Position numbers and translations under genes: made by a program. The notes beneath the pieces were generated by a model. It was not told where the DNA came from. It saw nothing but the letters and a program-made list of their open reading frames with translations, and made no database searches. 64,000 nt of DNA from contig JBLDXI010000020.1 in NCBI GenBank assembly GCA_047495785.1, positions 372,001-436,000 on the forward strand. Direction: 5' to 3'. This DNA is from Lepidodermella squamata (taxonomy: Eukaryota > Animalia > Gastrotricha). Shown here one piece after another: positions 1 through 10,741 of this stretch (position 1 is the stretch's first letter; each line of letters begins with the position of its first letter).

Positions 1-224
1 TTGGACTGATGGGAGATGACTCGTGTAGCTACATAGCTTCTTTTGGAGGAAATCTTGAATGGATGCCGGCTTTTTTTATGACCATGCTCGAAGATCTCTG
101 TTTGGTCTACTTTGATGGCTTTAAGTTGTGTTTTGAACCGAATTCATGGATGACATACGCATCAGTGTCCACTTGTTCACATAATTGTTTGATTTTAGAT
201 AATTTGAATTAACTGATAGCGAAA

Positions 225-441
225 ATGTATCAGCAGGGAATGCAAATGCCGCATGATAAGACTATAACTGTTCCCAGAATGTTTCGGGACAACATAGTTC
301 GACAGCTTCAAGAAGAAATGACGCGGTGCGGTGGTATTGGGAAATCGCCCGTCGAAGTCGAGCAGTACATTTACGATACCATTCACTCTAAGGAGGAGTA
401 CCTTGAAAAGGTCGGCAAAATGATTCTTGCTTTACAGACAA

Positions 442-472
<31 letters not shown>

Positions 473-2453
473 ACAACAGCAGCAACAACAACAGCAGCAG
501 CAACAGCAGCAGCATGCTCAGCAAATGTCCGGTCAGTACCGACAGTTCCCCGGCCAAGGCCAGTATGTTCAGTTCCAACAAAATCCACAGCAAGGCCAGC
601 AAGCTACCGTTCTCATACATACCGGACAGGGCCAAGTCGCTCCTGCTCAAATTATTCGGCAGCCAGCCTTCAATGTTGTCAGAGGTCAGCTTCCTCCGGA
701 ACACGTTGCCGCAATGCAGGGTCAGCAATTTCGACCCAACGCGCCCAGACCTGGTGTTATGACCACTCAGCAACCACCACAGCAAATGGTACAGCATGGC
801 CAGATGATTGCTCAGCAGCCTCGTCAGCAATTTCCGCCCGGCCAGGCAGTTTTGCTAGCTCAGCAGGGCCCACCTCAGCCTAATATGGTTATGGGTCAAG
901 CCAGCAACATAGTTATTGGATCGAAAGTACAGCAGGCTGCAGCGGCTGCTCAGCAACAGCGCCGCCAAGTTGCCCAGCAACCACAAGTTCGTCCTCAAAT
1001 GGAACTAGCTCCTCAACAAGCACAACAGCAGCTTGTTTATGCCACAGTGCCTGGTGGGAAAATGGAACCTCAGCAGCAACAGCAACAATTTTTTCAACAG
1101 CAGCAGCAACAGTTTCAGCCCCAGCAACAAGTTGCTCCTCAGCATTTACAGCCTGGATTTCAACAAGGTCCCCAACCGCCACAGGGGCAACAGATGATGC
1201 AAGGAATTCCCCAGCAACCTCCTCAGCCTCAATTCGTTACGATGCCGCCACAGCAAGGACCTCCCCAACAACAGCAATCAAGCGCTTTACCTCGTCAAAA
1301 CCGATCGTTCAACACTGGAATTGCTAGTCCGGCGATGGCGGTCCCTGCACCTTCTACTGGGCCATCGCCTCTTGGTCCAAAGGGCGGCCCTGGTTCCGTT
1401 GGACCAGTAGCGGCAATGTCCCCAATGGTGCCAATGGTAGCTCAGCAGGCTCCTATACCCCAACCGCAGCCTGCTCCGATTCCTCATCCGCCTATGGAGC
1501 CGCAACAACATCAGGTTCCACCTAACATCAATGCTCAAGTTGTTCAACAGCAGCAGCAAGCTAGTCAAGAAGAAATCGCTGAAAAATTGAAGCAATTAGC
1601 CAAGTACAAAGAGCCCTTACGCATGCTGATCGAAACGTATGAAGGCCACAAGGACAACTCATCAACTATGAACAAAATGAAGCGCATTCTGGATATTATA
1701 TCTGGTCAGGGGTGCGAAAGTATGGCGATTTTGCGAAAATGTGAAGAGGCATGCATTCAAGTTGTCGCACGTTACTGTCCCGAGCCATCAGTAAACCAAA
1801 TATTTTCTAATGCTTTGTCGAAACTTGTCGTCGCCGCCGAAAATATCGCCTCACAGAATCCTCAGATTGCCAGCAGTGCACCCGAAGCTTTTTCACGCAT
1901 TTCAGCGAAAGCTTTCAGTGGCGTTTCTATTGATTCCAACTCTTACGACGCTGCTGACTTGGGTGACGAATGGAATAAAAAATTACAATCTGTTAATCGG
2001 CAAGTGCCTAGTATGACTGATGGAGTAGATACTGGTCCCCTCTTCAAGCAGTTTGCCCATTTATCTCGAGCGGCTCAGCGCGAATTACTGTTTTTATCTG
2101 AGAAATATTCGATATCTTGCCGCCCTAATTCTACTAATGCTAATGGCGTGCCGACCGAAAGTATTGCTGATCTCGAGGATTCAATTTCTGTCGATTTTGT
2201 CCCGACCTTGCGTTGCCTTCTCGACGCCGGGGCGCCGTCAATCAGCATGCTGATTTCGCCAGACTATCCAGAGTCCCCCGACGTCCCGCAAGTTATATTC
2301 TCACCCGCTAGCGAGTTGAACACTCGCTTAGCTGCAATCAAGAAAAAGTTCTCTTTCATGTACGATGGTATCAAAGTCAGCAGTGTTAGTGACGTCAGCA
2401 TTATCCGTCTGATTACTTTCTACGAAGCGAGCGTTCTTTCCGAATCTACTTGA
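225..2453 (+). CDS. MED15: Mediator complex subunit 15, intronless
   Basis: 742-aa ORF with an N-terminal KIX-like domain (FRDNIVRQL...EVEQYIY...SKEEYLEKVGKMIL), long Q/P-rich middle, a helical segment (EKLKQLAKYKEPLRMLI...KMKRILDII...LRKCE) and C-terminal ISPDYPESP. Confidence 0.85.
444..512 (+). repeat. CAG/CAA polyglutamine repeat (23 Q) in MED15
   Basis: Run of cag/caa codons visible in the sequence. Confidence 0.95.
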
Positions 2454-2593
2454 CTGTTTTTAAAATCATGCTCCCAGAGCATCTTAAATTGAATCGATCT
2501 GAATCTTTCTCTGTATTGACATTTGTATTCGTTTGTATTAATTAAAATATATTGAATCTTTACTTGATCTTTGTCTATAGAATTTTTGGCAAA

Positions 2594-3998
2594 ATGATAC
2601 TTCACAAATGCTTTATTCGATCACTATCTTCCCTGGTGCCTAATTATGTCCCTCATCAACCATCTATCAACCATTTTGGCCGAGGAGTGCCGTTAACTGC
2701 TGGTATAGTTCATATATTTACACAGTTTTGATATTAAATTGTGATTTTCAGCGGAATTCGAAAGGGCTATGCTGGCCGATCCAGATTCTCCGCCTGATGC
2801 TCATTTGCTGAAGCTAGCCATCATCGGAGCACCGAACTCCGGCAAATCTACACTTGTCAACAAGTTGATGAACTGGAAACTTTCGTCAGTATCTTCCAAA
2901 GTACACACGACTCGGTCGAAAATAACTGCAATAATGACTGAAGGCAACACTCAGCTCGTAATTATGGACACGCCTGGCATGGTCTCACCGAAAAAAGCCC
3001 GTCGACATAGACTGGAATCATCAATGCTAACTGATCCTTATTCATCATTTAAGGAGGCTGACCTGGGTAGGAATCTTCTATTTGCAATTATTCCCCACAT
3101 TAAAAGTTTTTTAATAGTTATGGTCGTTGTTGATGCTGCTAATAAATGGTCTGCTTCCGAGCTGGATCCTTGCGTTCTTCGCGCCCTAGCGGAATATCCT
3201 CAGAAAAACGCAGTTCTCGTCATGAACAAGGTCGATATTGTTCGTGACAAATCGCGTCTTCTCGAGCTTGCGAAGACCCTGACTGGTAATCGAGTTCGAG
3301 GTCGGCAGCTTGGAATTCCACTGGTTGGCCCTGATGCTTACAACGTTCGAGGCCGCCGACCCATTCGAGATATTATCAACAATTATTATGCAAAAATTCA
3401 ATCGAAAAATGTGCCGGTTTCAGAGGCTGAAGTCATCGAAAACGAACCTGATGATACGTCTACTGAAATCATGAGATTGCCTGATGAAGAACCGACATAC
3501 CCAGTTTCAACCCTGGTCACTCAGCAGCTAGCTGGCTCTTGGACGGGATTCTCCTCGCTCTTCATGGTTTCCAGTCGTACTGGCGATGGCGTGGCTGAAT
3601 TGAGGCATTTTCTTCTGAACAGTGCTCAACCTGGCCAATGGCTCTACCCCTCTCGAGTTGTTGTTGCGCGATCGCCTGCAGATTTGGTCATTGACATAAT
3701 TCGAGAGCAGCTACTTGAATTGTTACCCAGTGAAGCTCCATACGAAATTGGCATTCAAGTTGGCTATTGGGACGCAGAAACCGACCCTGGCTTGCTGAGA
3801 GTTGCCGTTTTTCTCGACTGCCCTCGGCCTCGTTACCACCATCTGCTAATTGGCCGTTCAGGCGAAACAATCAAGCTCATTGCAATGAATGCGAAGCAGC
3901 AATTGATGAATCTTTTCCGGACAGATATGACCCTAAAAATAATCGCCAGAGTCACTCGAACGAGTGACAGCTTTGCCAAACCCAGCGAGGAGGACTAG
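2594..3998 (+). CDS. ERAL1: Era-like mitochondrial GTPase; exons about 2594-2702, 2752-3066, 3118-3998
   Basis: GAPNSGKS (G1), DTPG (G3), NKVD (G4) and a C-terminal KH-like region. Spliced N-terminus MILHKCFIRSLSS resembles a mitochondrial presequence. GT-AG introns 2703-2751 and 3067-3117. Confidence 0.9.
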
Positions 3999-4085
3999 TC
4001 ATTTTTATCCCATTTTTAGTAGCAATATATGTTATTAATTTTCAATGCTAATTCTCGTATAGATTTTTGGTTAAAAAGTCTTAAG

Positions 4086-4624
4086 ATGACGGATATTCAG
4101 ACCGAAAAGGCTTTTCAGAAGCAGCCTACCGTCTTCTTGAACAACAAGAAGCACAACCTGCTGAACAAGAAGACGTCTCTGCGCCACTACCGCAGCGTTG
4201 GTCTTGGCTACAAGGTCCCCAAGGAGGTGAGTGGCAAGAGAAAATAGTATATTTAAGTCGGCTTTTCATTTTTCTTGAACTTTTTTAGGCTATCGTTGGT
4301 CACTACATCGACAAGAAGTGCCCGTTCACTGGTGATGTGCGCATCCGCGGCCGTATTTTGACCGGTATCATCACCAAGATGAAGATGCAGCGCACCATCG
4401 TCGTGCGCCGCGATTACCTCCACTACGTGCCCAAGTACAAGCGTTACGAAAAGCGTCACCGCAACCTGTCTGCTCACTTGAGCCCGTGCTTCCGCGACGT
4501 CAAGATCGGCGATGTTGTCACCGTCGGTGAGTGCCGGCCGCTGTCGAAGACTGTGCGCTTCAACGTGCTCAAGGTGACCAAGGCTCCGGGACAGGGTCGG
4601 ATGAAGTCGTTCTCCAAGTTCTAA
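4086..4624 (+). CDS. RPS11: 40S ribosomal protein S11 (uS17); intron 4227-4288
   Basis: [14 protein letters not shown]...GLGYKVPKE|[24 protein letters not shown]...[17 protein letters not shown]. Confidence 0.97.
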
Positions 4625-4994
4625 AAACCGATGTTAAACCGCCGGGGAGGAGATAATAATTTAGTAGTTGCTATTGTGAAAGAAAGAAAGAAAGAGAATA
4701 ATAAACCAATCAAAAAAATCTAGCCAGCGTTGTTTATTTTAATCATGAAATGAGTTTGTGGTTTCTCCAAAGCACCAAGTGACAATTTTTTTGCGGAAAA
4801 CTGAATTCGAAACCGGGTTTTCACGTTTTTACGGTCGACGATTAGGGGTTGATGAATTCAAGGAGAATTTGAAGAAATTATTGTCTATTACAGCAGCAGG
4901 GAATCCTTTTGTGATGGCGTTTCATACTTCCTGACGATGCTGGGAATGCTTTCGCACGGCTAAATATTCATTTTAACGCCTGGCGGATGCTTTG

Positions 4995-5178
4995 CCGGCC
5001 TGATTTGACGGATCTTGGTCGCCAGCTGAGCTGTTATGAAAATGTTCAACTAACCTAACCCTAACCCTAAAACCAGTTAAATAACCGACTAAAATGGTTA
5101 GGTATTGAATTAACTGAAATTTGGTACCTAATTGAGATTTCCCAATCTTCATCGTCAAATGCGTCAAATCTAGCCTGG
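4995..5178. mobile_element. Small non-autonomous Helentron/MITE-like element with a telomere-like core
   Basis: Imperfect inverted repeats ccggcctgatttgacggat (4995-5013) and atgcgtcaaatctagcctgg (5159-5178) flank ctaacctaaccctaaccctaa (5050-5070). Confidence 0.5.
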
Positions 5179-5500
5179 TCCCCGCTATCACCGAAAAACA
5201 AGGGTCTGCCAAATTCAATCACGCGGTTCATTTCCAGTTTCCAGTTATTCAGCAGCACCCTGTAGCATCGTATTTGGATTTATCGCTCGAATCCCGATTT
5301 ATAATGATACCCATTTGAAAACAAAATGCGAAAGAATGCGGTGTGTTCAACATTTCTGCGATGGTGAATGTTACCGAACGCACGGCACGCATTTTATGTT
5401 CGTATGATGAGACGATAGCGAAATAATATTATGATATGACAATAATGTTGAAGAAAAACAGCAATCGTATCGGAAATAAACGAATTTGAAACGATTGGAT

Positions 5501-8256
5501 TCAAACGGTCTTTTTACTGTCCTTGTTGGCTAGGGTACGACCACTGCGTAGTTGGTGATACTCGCGTTTCGCTAGTTCGACTCTAATCCATTCAGGAACA
5601 TCGCTGATTACTTGATTAGCGAATCCACGCATTGCAAGAATGAGGTGTTCCAAAATAATGACGACTATCAGGGCTGAATAGGATTTTTCCGCTACCGTGG
5701 AAGGGAAGAATTCATTTAATACGTTGAAATTAGCGATCAATGCAACGTTGACGACGACTGCACCAACAGCAAGAACATCAAGGGCGTGGCGCCAAATGCC
5801 GATGTCGCGCATTCGCTCGCGCGCAAATGGTCGCTGGTACACTGTGACCATTTTCAGAGCATCGGTTCGAATTTCGATCAGATTGTTTAGGAGGCACCAC
5901 ATAGCAATCGGTGGGAAGGCGACACCGAAAAGCATGATGTAACCGAGCTGGCAATACATTTCCAGGTAATCTTCGAAGCAGTCATCAAACTATATTATGG
6001 GAAACATAGAATTCATAGGAGGATGCAATCGTTCGCAGATCTCACCTCTGGCATCACAAGTTCGCTCTCGATTTGAGAGATCGTCGTCGTTCGATGTTCC
6101 TCGATAGGTATCTTAGCAATATCCGAAATCGCGCCAACAGATGACGATCGCCTTTTGCGACGCGTTTGCATCAAAAACTCCAGATCTGAAAATTGGCAAT
6201 AAATTAGATAGCGTATTAACAAAACCCACGCTGGGATGATTATCTCTTACTATTCGCAACTGTAGCAGAGAGTGAAGACGAGCTGTCATTTTTCTTCTTC
6301 GCGATCATGAATTGCTGGTATCTTGCGAGCAAGTAAGGCGTCAGAACTTCGGCTATATTTCCGGCAATTTGGCGTAGCATCACAAGGGCAGCGACTTGTT
6401 CTTGCAGCGCTTTGAAATCTTTCTCATAAAACGCGGTGTAAAAAAGCGGCAAAAATCCGTTGAAGAATTTGAACTAAAGAAATAGAAATAGAATTAAATA
6501 AAAAAGGTACTTTGTAGTTGATTCGGAAGCATCTTACAACAATGAGCTTGGCTTGTAAGTGTTGGACGTAGTCGTTTTGCGAAAAATGATTTTCTAAAAC
6601 CGTGAACTTTTAATTACCTGTTTTATCAGTCCATTAGCGCTATTTCTTACCCAGGTCGTTGAGTTTATAGGCCAGGGTGGTATACGCGTTGTTGAAAAAA
6701 TTCAAGATAAGAACAAAAACGAGTAAAGGCAGCAATCGGGCAACCGAATCGAGAGGGAAATGCAGAACTTGGACGAAAGACTTGGTATAATTTTCCAGAT
6801 TCAAGCTGAACAAAGCCGCGCACATCATAATCCAAAGGCTGATGATGCTGACCGGTACTGTGACCAGGTAAAATATTGCTGTCCTCTTCCATTCAGGCCA
6901 GTAAAGAGTTGGCTTCCCGGTCACCGGGTTCGTCGCTGGGCTGCCCTGCAGAAATCAAAAAATCGTTTGGAGAAATTAAATGACAATGAATGTTCTGATT
7001 TTCAAGTGAACATTGTGAAATTTTCGACACGTACCAACAAACATGGACATATCAAAAAGCTATAATTTACTGAAAATAGAGGCCGCGGCTCCGCGAAGAA
7101 TTTATCGCTTGAATCTCGATGGTCAATGGCAACCCATTTGAAAGCAAGCTCATGATTTCGACGTCGCCAGTACTTGCGAAATAACGCAAACCAGATTGAA
7201 TTGAAGAAAATTATCAACAGGAATGCAGTGCTATTGATAGAGCTGTCGCAAATCTCATCACCCGGATGAGACACGAGTCGCGAAAGAAAAGTTGGCTGAA
7301 GTAACCACGTAATTAGCCCAAATAAGGCCGGGGGTAGCAGCCACTTCGTGTAATGCTCGAGCCATGCGAAGTACAAAGCGATAGACGTATCAAAATAGGA
7401 GCAAACTTCATCTGTATAGAATTTGAGAAAATAATCAAACCAATTAAAATTTGCCTCAATACCGAGAGGTTGCGTCAGGAGCAATTTCGATTGGACCCAA
7501 TTTTTACGGAGTTTGCTCAGTTCGTCCTTCGAATGTAGAGGGAAGAAGCTTTTTACGACTCCGCCGATTTGCAGCGAAGCCACTGAAATATCTATTAATA
7601 AAATTAGACTAACTACCTGAATACTTACGTAATGGCTGCCGGCATGAAACTTGAACGGATCCGTATTTTTCAAAATTATCGACAACCTTTATTGTTTCCA
7701 AAGCGTGCTTTATCAGCTGTTGTCGTTCTGTCCTTGTGAAAAATGTTTCTGGCTGGTCGCTGCCATCGAAATGATCAAGGTCGCAACGGACGAAAGTCCT
7801 CAGGTAGCCAGTATGTTTTTCTCGCTTTGGTAGGCGGAAATCTTCGGCCCATTGGAAAAGCCTATCATCATAATATCAACTTCTAATACTTCTTTTAATT
7901 AATCATTTCATAGCTAACGATTTGGAATTTGCTGATATGCAAAGCGCTTTTATATCGGTCAACGAACAAGTGCGAACATTAAGACCTGAGCGCCGTGCGG
8001 AGATGACCTTGGCTAGTTTTCTGGCAGTATCGGAGGTTTCGCCTTCTCCGAGATTGATAACGACATCGCTTTGAGCTGGCGAGGAGGCAGCTGTCGATGA
8101 TACGCCTTCCATGAACAAGTCTCCGCCAGTTAATTCGGCAAATTCATCAGCATCATACTGCTGTAGTTCCCCATCGCACGATAATGGTGCCAGATATTCT
8201 CTTCCATTTTCAGCGATGCCGCTTTGATCCCCCAGTGTTTGCTCGGCCGCTGCCAT
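5501..8256 (-). CDS. ANO8: Anoctamin/TMEM16, ANO8/ANO10 clade, multi-exon
   Basis: DEVCSYFDTSIALYFAWLEHYT, LFYTAFYEKD, FEDYLEMYCQLGYIMLFGVAFP..LLNNLIEIRTDALK..QRPF, IGIWRHAL, ILEH, ISDVPEWI. Orthologue assignment (ANO8 vs ANO10) is tentative. Confidence 0.85.
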
Positions 8257-9405
8257 TGCTATTAGTTAGTTGAGATGGGAAAACGAAGTCCCGAAGAAAA
8301 AATGGATCATGAGAAGGATTATACGAAGTTTTGTGCCTGCATATATGGAAATTATTGACATATTTTCATATTAATTTAATGCTCGAGCCGTCTGCTGGTT
8401 TGCCGCAAAGAATAAAAAACTATACTTCCGACTAAAATGCACAGCTTCCTATGAAATTTTTGTGCAGTAAAAACGCATAACAATGATCCTACAGAAAAAA
8501 ACAGGTAAGCGTAAATTGCTGGTTCTTCGCAACCCGTTGCAGTATCGATGTTACCGCTCATCGTCAGCTCTCAAGACAGCTGCGTTAGGTTTTTTTCCGA
8601 ATTGATAGATATGGGGCAAAACATGAACATTAATCGATACGGAAAGTGCTGTTTGAAGTGTTACAATCCTACCACCTCTGATAAAAAAGAACAGCTACCC
8701 ATAATTGCGAATCGACACGACTTGATTCTGCTGAACACATAGAAATAGGAATGTGCCCAGTATTAGGTCAGTTTCACTTTTTTATTCACTGAGTATTCAT
8801 CGATCCAATCTGTCTGGAGGCAGCTGAATTCCGGTAAGCAAACATCACATTTCACTTTGAAAAAACCACCAGCATTTATTAGTTATATACCGAGATAACA
8901 TTCGATCGAGAAATGCAAGAGAAAAATAACATATATTATTGACAAAACTTCAATAAGGCCGCCCTACGGCTTTGTCTTGTCCTATCTCGTTGCCAAGTTC
9001 ACGCAAAGTTAATCATCCTTGGTTTTATATCCATAAAAGCGATTGTTCTTGAGGAAACCTAAAAAAGGAAATTTATAATAAATATCTGGAATTTCGATGA
9101 ACAAATTATGGATTTATTTTATTTGAAATTTGGGACCGAGCACCAGAAAAGCAAGAAATATCTCTTTCGAATTAGCCTTAAAAATTATGTCAAATTTTGG
9201 TTAAACAACCGTTGACGGAGCCATGAACAGGAAATAACGCAGAATTTCAGTCATTATTTTGACCTGCTATTGTGTAATCCGTAGTTTCACCTTGGACTAA
9301 TTTTATAATTCTTTCGTCAAAAAATCATTGGGACTTTATACTTCATGTATAAATGTCCCTAACAGATCCCAAAAACGATCATTCGAAAAATTATTGATAA
9401 AAGCA

Positions 9406-10002
9406 TTAACCTGGCATGCTTGGGCGCCACGACGTGTTGATCTTCGAGGACGTAGCCGTGAGAGATTCCCGAATCATGGACAGCATAGAGCTGTCGTGAT
9501 TTTTGCAGCACGTCTTGGCAAATACCGCCGATGCAGCGTGCAGCTTTTCGTAGAGCTTTTGGTTGCTCTTGAACAGTTGCATCTTAAAATCGTGACGTGC
9601 TTGCTGAAGTTCGAACGCTTCGAAGTACTTGAACAGCTGCTCGATAACAACCGTCAGTGTTACCATATCATCCGACCAAGGGCTATCGCTGATTTTGGCC
9701 AGGGCCTCGTACAGGCCTTGCTCGATTGCCTCTGATACATTGCCATGCTTTCCCTCGCCGTACCTCCGGAAAACGGCGGCTAGAGACACAAGCGACGTCG
9801 GATGTTCATCGGCGAGCCATTCAAAAAATGACTGGTTAGTTAATGCACTGGCTGACCATGAAAATACGTTGGGATTCTCGGAGAACGCTATTCTAGCTAT
9901 GTTGGCCTCATCAATTCCAACTGTTCTCAGTTTCTCAATGACGGGAGAAAGATCTAACGGAGTCTGCATAACTTTACTGCTATAAAATAATTTAATTCCC
10001 AA
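9406..10002 (-). CDS. Exon(s) of a hypothetical helical protein, family not recognised
   Basis: 198-aa ORF with protein-like composition and splice-like boundaries, co-oriented just downstream of DLAT. A full gene model could not be built. Confidence 0.4.
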   Translation of the reverse strand: MGIKLFYSSKVMQTPLDLSPVIEKLRTVGIDEANIARIAFSENPNVFSWSASALTNQSFFEWLADEHPTSLVSLAAVFRRYGEGKHGNVSEAIEQGLYEALAKISDSPWSDDMVTLTVVIEQLFKYFEAFELQQARHDFKMQLFKSNQKLYEKLHAASAVFAKTCCKNHDSSMLSMIRESLTATSSKINTSWRPSMPG

Positions 10003-10741
10003 TTGCTGAAATCAAAGCAAAATTTTGAGAATTGTTTTTCAGCCCGGCATTCAGGCGCGTGTTTCCAATATTTCCGGCGCGTGTTTGCGTAATGACACTC
10101 CTTGAAATAAAATATTGAACAGAACTTTTTCCAGTCTGCTGTCTCATCCAGTTTAAATTTTTCTCCCAATCAAAACACCGCGATCGATTTCAGTAAAATC
10201 TCGTTTTTTATTGTTCTCTTTCAGTGTAATAAGATACAACACAGATTGGCTGATAATGCTTCTGCACGGGTCACTAGACAGGATCTGTCGATTTCAGGTC
10301 ACAGGAAAACGCAAGAAAGCGTCGGGCTAGTCTTCATTTGCGCCAGTTCAATAACAAAAAGGGTTTACAATAATTACAGCTCGACTCTTTTTATTGTCGC
10401 AATATTTTTCGAGGATAGGATTTTCGATCCTGACGTGAGGAAGGCATAACAAATAGTAACAAGACGAAGCGATTTTGGTGAACACCGGGCGAAAAAAGAG
10501 ACAAATATCTAGACAGAGAAGGACATCTGGGTTGATTCGAAAGCGGAACAATCTAGTTCATAATAACGTCGATTTTCAGCCGACGACATGGCACTATAGA
10601 TTAGTAAGCTACTGGTCAGGACGCGGTTTCATTATTTCTACGTGTATCACTCGTCGAATTTATTCTTCAGTGCAACAAAAATACCATTCATCTTCATTAA
10701 CAGTTATTTTTATACTATATTATTTGTGACGCGGGTCCAGC

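Noticed and set aside
388-1595. Antisense poly-Leu/Ala ORFs over MED15 and similar shadow ORFs elsewhere
   Set aside because: By-products of CAG repeats and GC-rich codon usage on the coding strand.
2451-2495. MED15 TGA-CTG stop as a readthrough signal
   Set aside because: Only a partial leaky context, and the short extension has no recognisable motif.
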